Shown in pieces: positions 20,691 to 29,884 of a stretch of 64,000 nucleotides of DNA (its first letter is position 1; every line of letters begins with the position of its first letter). Origin of the DNA: Escherichia phage slur09. The notes below the pieces were generated by a model that saw only the letters and a list, made by a program, of their open reading frames with translations, did not search any database and was not told where the DNA came from. The stretch lies in the sequence record NC_028840.1, one strand, 5' to 3'. The position numbers were made by a program, and so were the translations under genes.

Positions 20691-20999
20691 CTAGGCATTC
20701 TTGGCTTTGAGTTCTTCAGCTCGTTTCTGTACTTCATGTAAAACCTCAGATTCGCTAAGAATCTGTGTAAACGCATAGAAAAGCTGCGATGTTGTTTCTA
20801 GGGTGTAAGGAAAAGAGAAGCCAGATTTCGTTGGAAACCATTCATCATTAATATCAAGAAGCCAGTAACGAATACCCATGTATAGATTCCCACGAAATTC
20901 AGATACTGTTAGTCTTACTTGTTCTCCCTCCTTCTCCCAAAGTATGATGGACTGGTCATCAACGTGTCCTTCATAGTTTTGATTTACCTGTTCGCTCAT
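20691..20999 (-). CDS. hypothetical protein
   Basis: ORF track, 102 aa. Confidence 0.5.
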   Translation of the reverse strand: MSEQVNQNYEGHVDDQSIILWEKEGEQVRLTVSEFRGNLYMGIRYWLLDINDEWFPTKSGFSFPYTLETTSQLFYAFTQILSESEVLHEVQKRAEELKAKNA

Positions 21000-21018
21000 T
21001 TACATATCCCAAATACAC

Positions 21019-21039
21019 AAAAAGCCCCATATAGGGGCT
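21019..21039 (-). terminator. terminator-like hairpin (GCCCC-ATATA-GGGGC)
   Basis: GC stem-loop with T-run on the minus strand between ORFs. Confidence 0.45.
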
Positions 21040-21049
21040 AATTGGTTTC

Positions 21050-21346
21050 TTATCGGCCTACTGGAGAAGCACGATCTAACTCTGATTGGAGGCTAGTCAC
21101 ACGACGGACTTTTTCGACAGGAATAAAACGGAAGCTATCATTAGTACGAGAGAAGACAAGGATCTCATCATCTTTCGCTTTACGAATACGTTCACGTTTA
21201 ATACGCTCAGCCAGATATTTATCTTGGGCTGGATCAAATTCCATCGTACCCTGAAGGTACGTGGTTCCTTTCTGACGAAGTTTCTCGTAATGAAGATAAA
21301 ACTCACCAAATTTTTCACATTGTGCGATAATTTCAGCTTTGGTCAT
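21050..21346 (-). CDS. hypothetical protein
   Basis: ORF track, 98 aa. Confidence 0.5.
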   Translation of the reverse strand: MTKAEIIAQCEKFGEFYLHYEKLRQKGTTYLQGTMEFDPAQDKYLAERIKRERIRKAKDDEILVFSRTNDSFRFIPVEKVRRVTSLQSELDRASPVGR

Positions 21347-21382
21347 AACTGTAGTTCCTTTTGTTGGTGGATTTATCTAAAA

Positions 21383-21793
21383 TTACTTAGTGATAGCTCG
21401 GATTGCTTCTGCCAGATGAGCAGCCGCTTTACCGGTCAGTTTGTCGATAATTGCATCATCCAGAAAATCTGGGGCTAAGCCAGCATCAGAGAATGCTGAA
21501 CGAAGGTCGGCATGAGCTTGGGCTTTGGAAGTACGAGAACCACCAGAAGCCTTTTCTCCAGTAGATGCGCTAGATTTAGAAGCAGAGCCAGCAGCTTTCT
21601 TGATATATACACCTGCTTTGGTCAACTTCATACGAAAACCGTTCGGAGTTACACCATTTTCCTGAGCAATTTCGCTAACAATTTCCATGCTAACACCCGG
21701 ACGTTCATCCTCTGGGAATTGCTCCATACGAGCAACGTATTCGGAAGACATTTTTTCGAACAGTTCATCAGTCCACTGAGTTGGAGTAGTCAT
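21383..21793 (-). CDS. hypothetical protein
   Basis: ORF track, 136 aa. Confidence 0.5.
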   Translation of the reverse strand: MTTPTQWTDELFEKMSSEYVARMEQFPEDERPGVSMEIVSEIAQENGVTPNGFRMKLTKAGVYIKKAAGSASKSSASTGEKASGGSRTSKAQAHADLRSAFSDAGLAPDFLDDAIIDKLTGKAAAHLAEAIRAITK

Positions 21794-21850
21794 ATTTTAT
21801 ATTTCCTTAATTAAGAATTAAACAGAATAGTTCTTTCAAACTATGAGAAT

Positions 21851-21879
21851 ATTATATCAAGAATTATAGGATTAAGCAA
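21851..21879 (-). promoter_or_regulatory. T5-type promoter (minus strand)
   Basis: rc TTGCTT-N17-TATAAT. Confidence 0.55.
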
Positions 21880-21899
21880 CTGAAATTTTTCGGTAATTG

Positions 21900-22169
21900 C
21901 TACACATCTAGCTCAACAATCTCCCAATCATCCGCTAGAATTTCTTCTAAAGTTAACTCCACATCTTGCTTATGTGATCGTTTAAAATTTTCAAAAATAC
22001 CTGTGGGCAATGGTGCAAAACTTTTGATGGTATCATTGTCAACATTAAACTCAAAAAGAAGCATAAAGTTTTTATCGTTTTTCCAGCAATCTCGCTGGAG
22101 ATATTTTACGTCCCCAGCTTTCAGTAAATCTGTTAGTTTACTCACGGCGTTTTCCTTTTTCTTTATCAA
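21900..22169 (-). CDS. hypothetical protein
   Basis: ORF track, 89 aa. Confidence 0.45.
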   Translation of the reverse strand: MIKKKENAVSKLTDLLKAGDVKYLQRDCWKNDKNFMLLFEFNVDNDTIKSFAPLPTGIFENFKRSHKQDVELTLEEILADDWEIVELDV

Positions 22170-22842
22170 GTTTCAGGGCAGCCTTAACAGCTTCGTTAAT
22201 CAACGAAATTACTTCTTCACGAGTCCACTTGTATCCCAGAGATTTTACATCAACCCCTAGCTTTTCCAGATGTTTAACAGAAGCCAGCTCGTAATTCATA
22301 TAATGAACGTTCTGTTGTTTGCCTTCTGATAGAAGCCATACACGGTAACAACCAACAGGGTTATCCATTGCTTTTTTGATTTCACCAATACACTGGTATC
22401 CAGGAACCCAAACAAGCTCACCAACTGCAAATTCTTCTGCTACAGCATCATCAGGAATAATTGGAGGATTCAATGGATCTACAATATCGTTCAAACGAAG
22501 TAGAGCACCGTAGCGTTCCAGAACAGATTTAACCATTGCTACAGAGCGGTAATTACGATCAGCAATTTCTTCAAAAGAATCACCAGATAAATACTGCTCA
22601 ATAACGTTAGCTAACTCAATGCCTTCAATGAGTGTGCCACGTTTCTTTTTCTTCATTTCGGCAACTTGAATCTGGCGGTCTTGCCATTCTTCAATCATCC
22701 TTTCCATAGTTGGATTGGATGATACGCCGAGCATTTCACATGCTGCTTTCTTAGTACCACCGTTCTCCAGATGCTCTATAACCTTTTTAAAGACTTCATC
22801 CGGGATTTCATGGATGTGTTTCTTTCTACGAGAACCAGCCAT
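22138..22842 (-). CDS. putative DNA-binding protein (helix-turn-helix-like N-terminus)
   Basis: Start set at the internal ATG (MAGSRRKK) downstream of the minus-strand promoter at 22876-22904; ORF track extends to 22947. Confidence 0.5.
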   Translation of the reverse strand: MAGSRRKKHIHEIPDEVFKKVIEHLENGGTKKAACEMLGVSSNPTMERMIEEWQDRQIQVAEMKKKKRGTLIEGIELANVIEQYLSGDSFEEIADRNYRSVAMVKSVLERYGALLRLNDIVDPLNPPIIPDDAVAEEFAVGELVWVPGYQCIGEIKKAMDNPVGCYRVWLLSEGKQQNVHYMNYELASVKHLEKLGVDVKSLGYKWTREEVISLINEAVKAALKLDKEKGKRRE

Positions 22843-22875
22843 ATTTAAACTCCTCTCTCTCAAATTTATGAATCT

Positions 22876-22904
22876 ATTATACAGAAAAATTTTCCTGAAA
22901 GCAA
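22876..22904 (-). promoter_or_regulatory. T5-type promoter (minus strand)
   Basis: rc TTGCTT-N17-TATAAT. Confidence 0.55.
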
Positions 22905-22912
22905 ATAAATTT

Positions 22913-23155
22913 TTACGATTCCTTGAGCAAAGAAGCAAGTTCAGCATAGACTTTATCTAACTCAAAGCCGATGCGAAGAGACACGTTAGTTTTCCGTTGT
23001 TTAAGTAACCACTCGGATATGTTAGGGATGCCAGCTAATCTGTGTGGTACCACCCTACATAGCTTTTCCGAAGTGTCGTAAACAGGAACTTTACGTTCTT
23101 TTACTGGAAACTTCCTTGTCTCCCATTTTTTATTCTTCACTGTCATTTCTAGCAC
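22913..23155 (-). CDS. hypothetical protein
   Basis: ORF track, 80 aa. Confidence 0.4.
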   Translation of the reverse strand: MLEMTVKNKKWETRKFPVKERKVPVYDTSEKLCRVVPHRLAGIPNISEWLLKQRKTNVSLRIGFELDKVYAELASLLKES

Positions 23156-25919
23156 CTAGCTCTGCCATTGCTTCATCATGCATATGTTTCTCCTCATCAG
23201 TCATAAACTTATACGGGATTGGCATACACTCGATTTTACAGTAAGTTCTGTACCAGTCTACAATATTCTCCGTGTTCATATCCTTACCAATACCCATCAT
23301 ACCAAGATACATTCTGGCGTATTTTGGGTTAGCACTCTGACCTGTTTTAAGGAAGAAATCTTTCTTCTTACCTTTCAGAGCTTCTATGAATGGTTTGATA
23401 GTGACATTTGAACACTTCTTAATATCTTCCCAGAACATCTCGTGCATTTTATGGAAGAATGCGGCTCGATCATTCGGTTTATCCTTGATATACTGTTCAA
23501 CATGCTCAACTGTTACATCTTTAATAGACTCAAGATGATAATAGCGAACAAGAAGTAGTTTAGCTTCATACGCATCTGCATGGCGTGGAGCACAATAATC
23601 AGGGGTTGAATACAAAATGGCTTTGATTCGCTCTTCCGTATACTCTTTTCCCGCACCTTCGATAGTTCCCCAGCTTTCACTGAAAATATCAATAGTTGCA
23701 CCCTGATCAAGCAAGTAATAACGTAAAGTACTAGTATATTTTCTAGATTCCAGCTCCCTACGACGTGCGTATAATTGCTGTGCTAACTCCAGCCAACCTT
23801 CATCAATGTTATATTGCTCAGAACCTGCGGAGAATCCACTCGTAGATTTATCAATAAAATAATAAATGTTCTGGGCGCCACGGTCGCGCCTGATTGCTTG
23901 GAAACGCATGTTTGGCGCTTGGTTGCTGGTTCTAGTAATAACGAATACGTTATCAAAATAGTTGAAGTCAACACCACTAGTTACGGATGGACTACATAAT
24001 AAGCAATCAATTTGTTGATCAATTAGCTCATTAGTTGTGTAATCCAGAATACGTCGAATATCTACATCAGACGTAGAGTTTGAGTGGATTTCCTTAACTA
24101 ACGCACCCGTATTACGACGAAGTGCCATACCCTTCTCATTCAGTTCATCCGGCCCACAGTCAGATACTAGGATAGATTTCTCACCCATCTCTAGGGAAGT
24201 CTGAAGTGCAACCCAAATACTGGATTCATCAGGGAACTCATAAGCATGGGCTTTTGAGAGCATTTTACGATGATGATTGTAAAATGCAACCGGTTTATCA
24301 AAATCAATTAGAGAACCGTAGGCTTCAATAGTCTCAGCACTAATATCACCATCGGATAAGATTACAGTTTTAGCTGTCATGAGGATGTCACGTAGAACTT
24401 GAATACATTCGCGACGTTGTTTAACAACTGGGGCGAATAATAGATCATTCATTACAGCGTCACATTCATCAATAAAGATGGTGTCTATTTGACCAATAAA
24501 ACTTTTGAACTTATGCAAAGAGTGAATAGTTGTGGACATACGATCAATAGCTCCACGTTTAAAGTTGAGCATATCTACAGACTTATCATATTGTCCTGCG
24601 CTAAATTTCTTAGCGTTTGAAGATACCAGCGCCCTAGTATTTGTAACTGCTAAAAAGTTGCCAGGAAGAACACCTGCGTCCAGCCATTTAGTTACTGCCG
24701 TAGTTTTGCCAGTACCAAGACTTGCCTTAACAAATGTTATATGGCCTTTTGGGGGCACAATGTTAATCTTCAGGTATGGAACTTCTGGTGGAGAATCCAC
24801 TTCTAATTTCTTAAGAGGAACACCTTTCAGATTTAATGGAATCTCGCGTTTAGAATTATTAACAAACGCTTTGAGAGCCTGCTTACGACCGTTATTAAAG
24901 TAATCTTGAATATTACGACTGTTATCTTTAGTTGCAATATATTCAGATAAAGCGGGTTTAATCTCACGTTCTAGCCATGCGAAATCAACACCATCCTCTA
25001 ATGCTCTATGGTATAGTTTGGGGATAATACGCAAGTACACCCCATCCTCAGCTTCTTCCAATTCGCTGATGGTTTCTTCTACTTTATCAGACGCGATCTT
25101 TTTGCCTTTAATTTGGTCAAGTAAGGAATAGAATTCCTCTTTGAACTCCCCTCTAGTTGTTTCATAGTCAACCAGATTATTAGGCAAATTTACCTTCGAA
25201 CCTTTAACATACACCAGACGTGGCTTACTCTCCGCTTTAAACGGATCAACAATACCATCACTAAATAAAGGGTCGGCAAAATAGTGAAGCTGGACAGATG
25301 AATAATAAGCTAAGTCGGCAATATCAAAACCGAATTTTTGCTTACTACTATCATTGATAGACGTAAATAAGAACTTTAACTGACCTTGAGTTACCTTGAC
25401 GTTAGATTCTAGCATTAAGTGCATTCGGATACCTGGTTTTAGGCCAGCCGAAGACGATGCATGAGCAATAAACCCTGCATCAAGAGGAAACATGTCCTCA
25501 CTAATACTATTCAACATCTTAATAATGTGACGGGCCATACCTACAAGATTAAACTTGTCGTACCCACCGGTATCCAGGATACCATCCACGTCCATAGCAA
25601 TAATATTGCTAGGGTTGGATACATTAAAGTTACCTTTCTTACGTCGCACATTATTTTTAGGTGCAAGACATCGACCTCGCACCGCAACGATATGAGGGTC
25701 AGACGTTAAACGTCTCATAAGTGGTAACATTTCGGCAAGGCTTTGCGGGTCATGCTCTTCTATTACATCAAATTTGAAGGGCATAGAAGCTGGTTTACCT
25801 TCTGGATGCTCTTTCGAGAATCGCTTGGCAAAGGTATAATCTTCCGCTTTGATTTCTCGCCAAATACCTGTTGCTAAATCACGAGAAAATCCGGCGTGAC
25901 CTTGAAGAATAGAAAACAC
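23130..25919 (-). CDS. large replication-associated ATPase/helicase (D2-like, putative origin-binding)
   Basis: 929 aa; Walker A GTGKTTAV and Walker B-like FIDECD. Confidence 0.7.
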   Translation of the reverse strand: MFSILQGHAGFSRDLATGIWREIKAEDYTFAKRFSKEHPEGKPASMPFKFDVIEEHDPQSLAEMLPLMRRLTSDPHIVAVRGRCLAPKNNVRRKKGNFNVSNPSNIIAMDVDGILDTGGYDKFNLVGMARHIIKMLNSISEDMFPLDAGFIAHASSSAGLKPGIRMHLMLESNVKVTQGQLKFLFTSINDSSKQKFGFDIADLAYYSSVQLHYFADPLFSDGIVDPFKAESKPRLVYVKGSKVNLPNNLVDYETTRGEFKEEFYSLLDQIKGKKIASDKVEETISELEEAEDGVYLRIIPKLYHRALEDGVDFAWLEREIKPALSEYIATKDNSRNIQDYFNNGRKQALKAFVNNSKREIPLNLKGVPLKKLEVDSPPEVPYLKINIVPPKGHITFVKASLGTGKTTAVTKWLDAGVLPGNFLAVTNTRALVSSNAKKFSAGQYDKSVDMLNFKRGAIDRMSTTIHSLHKFKSFIGQIDTIFIDECDAVMNDLLFAPVVKQRRECIQVLRDILMTAKTVILSDGDISAETIEAYGSLIDFDKPVAFYNHHRKMLSKAHAYEFPDESSIWVALQTSLEMGEKSILVSDCGPDELNEKGMALRRNTGALVKEIHSNSTSDVDIRRILDYTTNELIDQQIDCLLCSPSVTSGVDFNYFDNVFVITRTSNQAPNMRFQAIRRDRGAQNIYYFIDKSTSGFSAGSEQYNIDEGWLELAQQLYARRRELESRKYTSTLRYYLLDQGATIDIFSESWGTIEGAGKEYTEERIKAILYSTPDYCAPRHADAYEAKLLLVRYYHLESIKDVTVEHVEQYIKDKPNDRAAFFHKMHEMFWEDIKKCSNVTIKPFIEALKGKKKDFFLKTGQSANPKYARMYLGMMGIGKDMNTENIVDWYRTYCKIECMPIPYKFMTDEEKHMHDEAMAELGARNDSEE

Positions 25920-26416
25920 AACAATACTCCTGTGTTGGTTAATCGAAATCTTTTCTTTAGGACTATTCAGAAAGAATAGAACAACTATTACTACTATTTA
26001 CGTAAACATCAATCATCATCAAGCAATATGAATAAGTTATCATATCTCAGTGCTGTGCTCTCTTCGCTCATATACAGAATAGAACCTAGGTCATTGGCCG
26101 CTAAGCCGATTCTATTTGTCCTCACTATCCTATTGGTAGGTGACTACTGTACGTGCCGCCATTCGCTGCTCTTTTCGTTCGCACCCCCATATAAAGCTCT
26201 GCCTATATAACGAGCTAAATATGCACGGTTTGGATTTACCTTTCCGAATTCAGGGTACACAGATCACTTAATTGAAGATTAACTAATGCAATATAAACAC
26301 TAGTAATAGTTAAAACAACCCTTAATGGGGCAGCCTAACTGTTCCGTATCGCGGATTGTAAACAAGAAAAATTAGCAAAATCAATTTTTACTAATGTCTC
26401 TCAATTCAATATAAAT

Positions 26417-26445
26417 ATTATATCAAGATTTTGGGCATCCTGCAA
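26417..26445 (-). promoter_or_regulatory. promoter-like element (minus strand), weaker -35 TTGCAG
   Basis: rc TTGCAG-N17-TATAAT in the 620-bp intergenic region. Confidence 0.4.
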
Positions 26446-26539
26446 GTAAAATTTTCCAGATGGTGCTATCATTGGTCTTGAGTACGGATAAAACCGAGCC
26501 AAAATGACTCGGTAATCAGAGTTCAGCTAATAAAAATCA

Positions 26540-26935
26540 TTAGTCATTTAATCCCGGAACATATATCCCAACACGGTTTAATTGTTCTTTAGCTTCTTTG
26601 AGAATATCTGGAGTGTACTCCCAAATATCATCTTCCACCTGTAAAAGATGGGGCGAACAACCATCATCCGGCACACGACATATGGCCAAACCACGTGGAT
26701 GGAACAAAGAGAAGTTTAGGGCAACAATCAATCCCATAGCAGACAATTCATTCCAATCCAATTCCCATCCCCCGGCGTATCCAGACAGGAAAACGCCAAT
26801 GCATGGATCATCTGTTTGCTGCTCAGGAAAAGTGAAGGAGGCTTGTCTTACCCCCCCCCCCAACCAACGTTGTAGCAGCTTCTCCGCACGTTTCACCAAA
26901 CTAGGATCAATCTGACGCCAATATACTTGTTCCAT
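26540..26935 (-). CDS. hypothetical protein, tandem paralog 1; contains an in-frame G11 homopolymer
   Basis: 131 aa; related to ORF 26945..27373 (shared ...CIG...GW.EL...MGL..ALN..LF.P...VPGL pattern). Confidence 0.5.
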   Translation of the reverse strand: MEQVYWRQIDPSLVKRAEKLLQRWLGGGVRQASFTFPEQQTDDPCIGVFLSGYAGGWELDWNELSAMGLIVALNFSLFHPRGLAICRVPDDGCSPHLLQVEDDIWEYTPDILKEAKEQLNRVGIYVPGLND

Positions 26936-26944
26936 TCTGCCTCC

Positions 26945-27373
26945 TTAAGCAGTTAAACCTGGGATCATATATCCGAAACGTCGAAGTTTTTGGATACCAT
27001 CATTCACTTCTTCTGGTGAGTAAGACCAACCGTAACGTTCATTAACTTGAAAACCAGGAGATTCACTAGTTTTATAGTTAACAACAAGGCGATGCTTAGC
27101 AGGCATAAACAGCTTATAGTTTAACGCAAAAACTAAGCCCATTTCGTCTAACTCTTTCCAGCCCACAATCTCTTCAAGACCATCCTCTACCTGCACAATT
27201 AAACCAATACAGGGGGCCTCATCAATATCATCTTTAAAAGCAAAGGAGATTTCGTTATTCTCACACCATATTTTCAAAGAGTTAATAGCCTCATTATATA
27301 GGCTAGCTGGGAGAGTACGCCAAAAGTTAACCAAAATTGGATTAGCTTCTTTAGAGAATACATTATTGAACAT
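26945..27373 (-). CDS. hypothetical protein, tandem paralog 2
   Basis: 142 aa; paralogous to 26540..26935. Confidence 0.5.
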   Translation of the reverse strand: MFNNVFSKEANPILVNFWRTLPASLYNEAINSLKIWCENNEISFAFKDDIDEAPCIGLIVQVEDGLEEIVGWKELDEMGLVFALNYKLFMPAKHRLVVNYKTSESPGFQVNERYGWSYSPEEVNDGIQKLRRFGYMIPGLTA

Positions 27374-27375
27374 AC

Positions 27376-27882
27376 TTACACCTTAAATTGTTGTAGAGCT
27401 TTACACATTTCAAGATCTGGACTAAATTCTAGCATATAGCTAACAGCTTTTAAATCTTGAAGATTTATCCCAGTCCTACCGTTGACTATAACCGTTGGAT
27501 ACTGATACATCATAGCACCCGCATCATCAAGCACACACCAATGTTTGAGCTTATGCTTTTCAACGAAGCGAAGAACAGAATTACCCCTAGATAATCCACC
27601 ACCAGTAAAATCCGTTGTACCAAGAAAACGATCGATAAGACCTAATCCGGTCATAATCTGAACGTTCTCCATCTCATTTCTGACAGAGAACCAAGATGAT
27701 ACTCCAACAATCATTATCGGAGAAGGACGAATAAAGTCCTGAAAAGCCTTGAGAAGCGGTTTGAAAACCCAGTCACTTCCAAAGAAAATCTTTTCATCAT
27801 CAGGTGCATGATGGTGGGAGATGCTCGAATTAAGCACCCCATCAATGTCTAGAAAAATAATTGGAGTATTACTTATTTCCAT
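27376..27882 (-). CDS. HAD-superfamily hydrolase-like protein
   Basis: 168 aa; N-terminal IIFLDIDGVLN motif. Confidence 0.5.
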   Translation of the reverse strand: MEISNTPIIFLDIDGVLNSSISHHHAPDDEKIFFGSDWVFKPLLKAFQDFIRPSPIMIVGVSSWFSVRNEMENVQIMTGLGLIDRFLGTTDFTGGGLSRGNSVLRFVEKHKLKHWCVLDDAGAMMYQYPTVIVNGRTGINLQDLKAVSYMLEFSPDLEMCKALQQFKV

Positions 27883-28051
27883 TTTTGTTCCTTTCTAAGA
27901 ACGTATCATACTCAACCGTATCAACATATATGACACCATAGTCATCGGATTTATAGTCCATTTCCCATAACTCACATCGATAGCACCAACTACCATCCGC
28001 CCATACAAATATATCATCGGGATGTGTATACACAGATTTAACTATAGACAT
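27869..28051 (-). CDS. hypothetical small protein
   Basis: ORF track, 60 aa, overlapping start/stop chain. Confidence 0.35.
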   Translation of the reverse strand: MSIVKSVYTHPDDIFVWADGSWCYRCELWEMDYKSDDYGVIYVDTVEYDTFLERNKNGNK

Positions 28052-28227
28052 ATCTGTTTCTCCTCATCTCCAGAGGATAACCATATGTTCTCTGTGGTAT
28101 AGATAATTTTATATGTGTATCCCAACCGTTCTCTTACACTAGGAAACCTGTAGGCAAACCTATAACACCAAGTGCCAGACTCAGTTATAAAAATATCCCA
28201 TTCATTATTTCTTGCTTCTCGACACAT
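28042..28227 (-). CDS. hypothetical small protein
   Basis: ORF track, 61 aa. Confidence 0.35.
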   Translation of the reverse strand: MCREARNNEWDIFITESGTWCYRFAYRFPSVRERLGYTYKIIYTTENIWLSSGDEEKQICL

Positions 28228-29023
28228 AAGGTCTACCCTCTAAATGAGCTTCTACACGAGCAATAAAATCAGGATCACTGAAAGCATCTACCGCACCTTT
28301 ACTCCAGTAAGGGATACCACGTTCTTCCAGCTGGTACATCTCATTACGAGTCATACCTTGATAGCCCAGTTCCGCCGCTAGGGCACTATCATAGTAGTTA
28401 ACAACCATAAGTTTCGCAGCAGTCAAATTAAGAACAGGAAATAATTCCCAGTAGAAGTTAATTACTTGGTTAGAGCAACCAACCACAACGATCATATCTT
28501 GACTGGTAATACCATCAAAAACATTGTACATTTCTGCGTATGTAGGAGCATGCTCTCCAAAGAAGATTACATTAGGTTTAACCCATTTATAATTATCTGG
28601 ATCAATAGAATTGTACCCTACATCAATAATCCGTTTATTGCTACTATTGTAGCTATCAGCTACAACAACCTCTTTTAAATATCCGTGAATGTGCAGAATG
28701 TCACTATGTGGAACGCCAGCACGCTCAATAAGGTCATCAACGTTGGTAGTCAAGTTTACTACTTGACCTGGATATTGTTTATACCATTCACCGATACGCA
28801 AATGTGCAAGATTGGGTTCAACAGTTTTTAGCTCTTCACGACGCTTGTTGTAAAACATATGGGTTTTATGATAAAAATTACCACGAAAGGCATGAATATT
28901 ACACACTTCTTCTAGATCATAATCATCCCATAATGCTTTACCATTAGCAGTATCAGTACGGAAGGCTCGTACACCACTTTCAACACTCAAACCTGCACCG
29001 CTAATAATAATTAATCTACGCAT
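28205..29023 (-). CDS. Sir2-family (sirtuin-like) NAD-dependent protein, no Zn ribbon
   Basis: 272 aa; SGAGLSVESGVRAFR, catalytic-type HIHGYL, VIFFGE and VVVGCS motifs; no CxxC pairs. Confidence 0.65.
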   Translation of the reverse strand: MRRLIIISGAGLSVESGVRAFRTDTANGKALWDDYDLEEVCNIHAFRGNFYHKTHMFYNKRREELKTVEPNLAHLRIGEWYKQYPGQVVNLTTNVDDLIERAGVPHSDILHIHGYLKEVVVADSYNSSNKRIIDVGYNSIDPDNYKWVKPNVIFFGEHAPTYAEMYNVFDGITSQDMIVVVGCSNQVINFYWELFPVLNLTAAKLMVVNYYDSALAAELGYQGMTRNEMYQLEERGIPYWSKGAVDAFSDPDFIARVEAHLEGRPYVSRSKK

Positions 29024-29237
29024 TTTTCACCTGTTCTCTGAAGTTTTGCCCAATACTGTCTAATAGCTCAGCTAATTCTTTATTGCCTTTCTCCATTAAG
29101 GTATTAGCAATAACTTCTAGCATAGTAGCACAGGATTCAACACCATCCTTATAGCCAGTTTCCCACTGCTGCATTAATGCATTTTCCAAAGCGGCATTTA
29201 AACCATTATCTGGTAGCATCGGCTTCGAGAATGCCAT
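29016..29237 (-). CDS. hypothetical protein
   Basis: ORF track, 73 aa. Confidence 0.4.
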   Translation of the reverse strand: MAFSKPMLPDNGLNAALENALMQQWETGYKDGVESCATMLEVIANTLMEKGNKELAELLDSIGQNFREQVKNA

Positions 29238-29430
29238 AAAGTTTCTCCTCTAGTTCCATAACACGATTTTCATAAGAGGCACGCAACTTTTCAATTGCCA
29301 GCGCACGCACTGTAACCTCATTAGAATTAATAGCTAATTGGGCCAGATCTTCTGTTTCCATACGTCCGTTGTAGATTAAGCGATATTTAAGGTGTTTCAC
29401 ATTCTTAGTCATTATTAAACTCCACTGCAA
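29206..29430 (-). CDS. hypothetical protein
   Basis: ORF track, 74 aa. Confidence 0.4.
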   Translation of the reverse strand: MQWSLIMTKNVKHLKYRLIYNGRMETEDLAQLAINSNEVTVRALAIEKLRASYENRVMELEEKLYGILEADATR

Positions 29431-29785
29431 CTGTTTCTAGGTCTTCATCAGAAAAATTAGAGTATACATCTTTAAGATATTGTTTAATGTCTTCAGTAAT
29501 ATCTTCGTATCCCTCAGGACTACGTTGGTATACTTTTAGTACTCTATTATAAACAAATTCAATATCATACTTTATTTCCCCCTCATCCTCGTCAAACAAG
29601 CAATCTGAGTTATACGGTGATACATCTAGATTTGTTTCTACCCAATCACCAATAATTGATGAATATCCAATACCCTCTAGATGGGAATAATCTCCAGTAG
29701 ATGCAAAAATAGCTTCCCTAAGATCGTCTACGCCAAGATGGAAATCACCACATGTAGACTCAACTATATAGGGCTTTAATTCCAT
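29405..29785 (-). CDS. hypothetical acidic protein
   Basis: ORF track, 126 aa. Confidence 0.45.
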   Translation of the reverse strand: MELKPYIVESTCGDFHLGVDDLREAIFASTGDYSHLEGIGYSSIIGDWVETNLDVSPYNSDCLFDEDEGEIKYDIEFVYNRVLKVYQRSPEGYEDITEDIKQYLKDVYSNFSDEDLETVAVEFNND

Positions 29786-29813
29786 ATCTTTCTCCTCTCA
29801 AATTTATAAATCT

Positions 29814-29842
29814 ATTATATATAAATTTTTGGCTGAAAGCAA
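29814..29842 (-). promoter_or_regulatory. T5-type promoter (minus strand)
   Basis: rc TTGCTT-N17-TATAAT. Confidence 0.55.
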
Positions 29843-29884
29843 ATAAAATAAAAGCCAGGTCGACTAGCAACCCGGCTGATTAGC

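Noticed and set aside
26028-26210. 60-aa plus-strand ORF in the 620-bp intergenic region
   Set aside because: No RBS, atypical hydrophobic low-complexity product, and wrong orientation relative to the flanking minus-strand operon.
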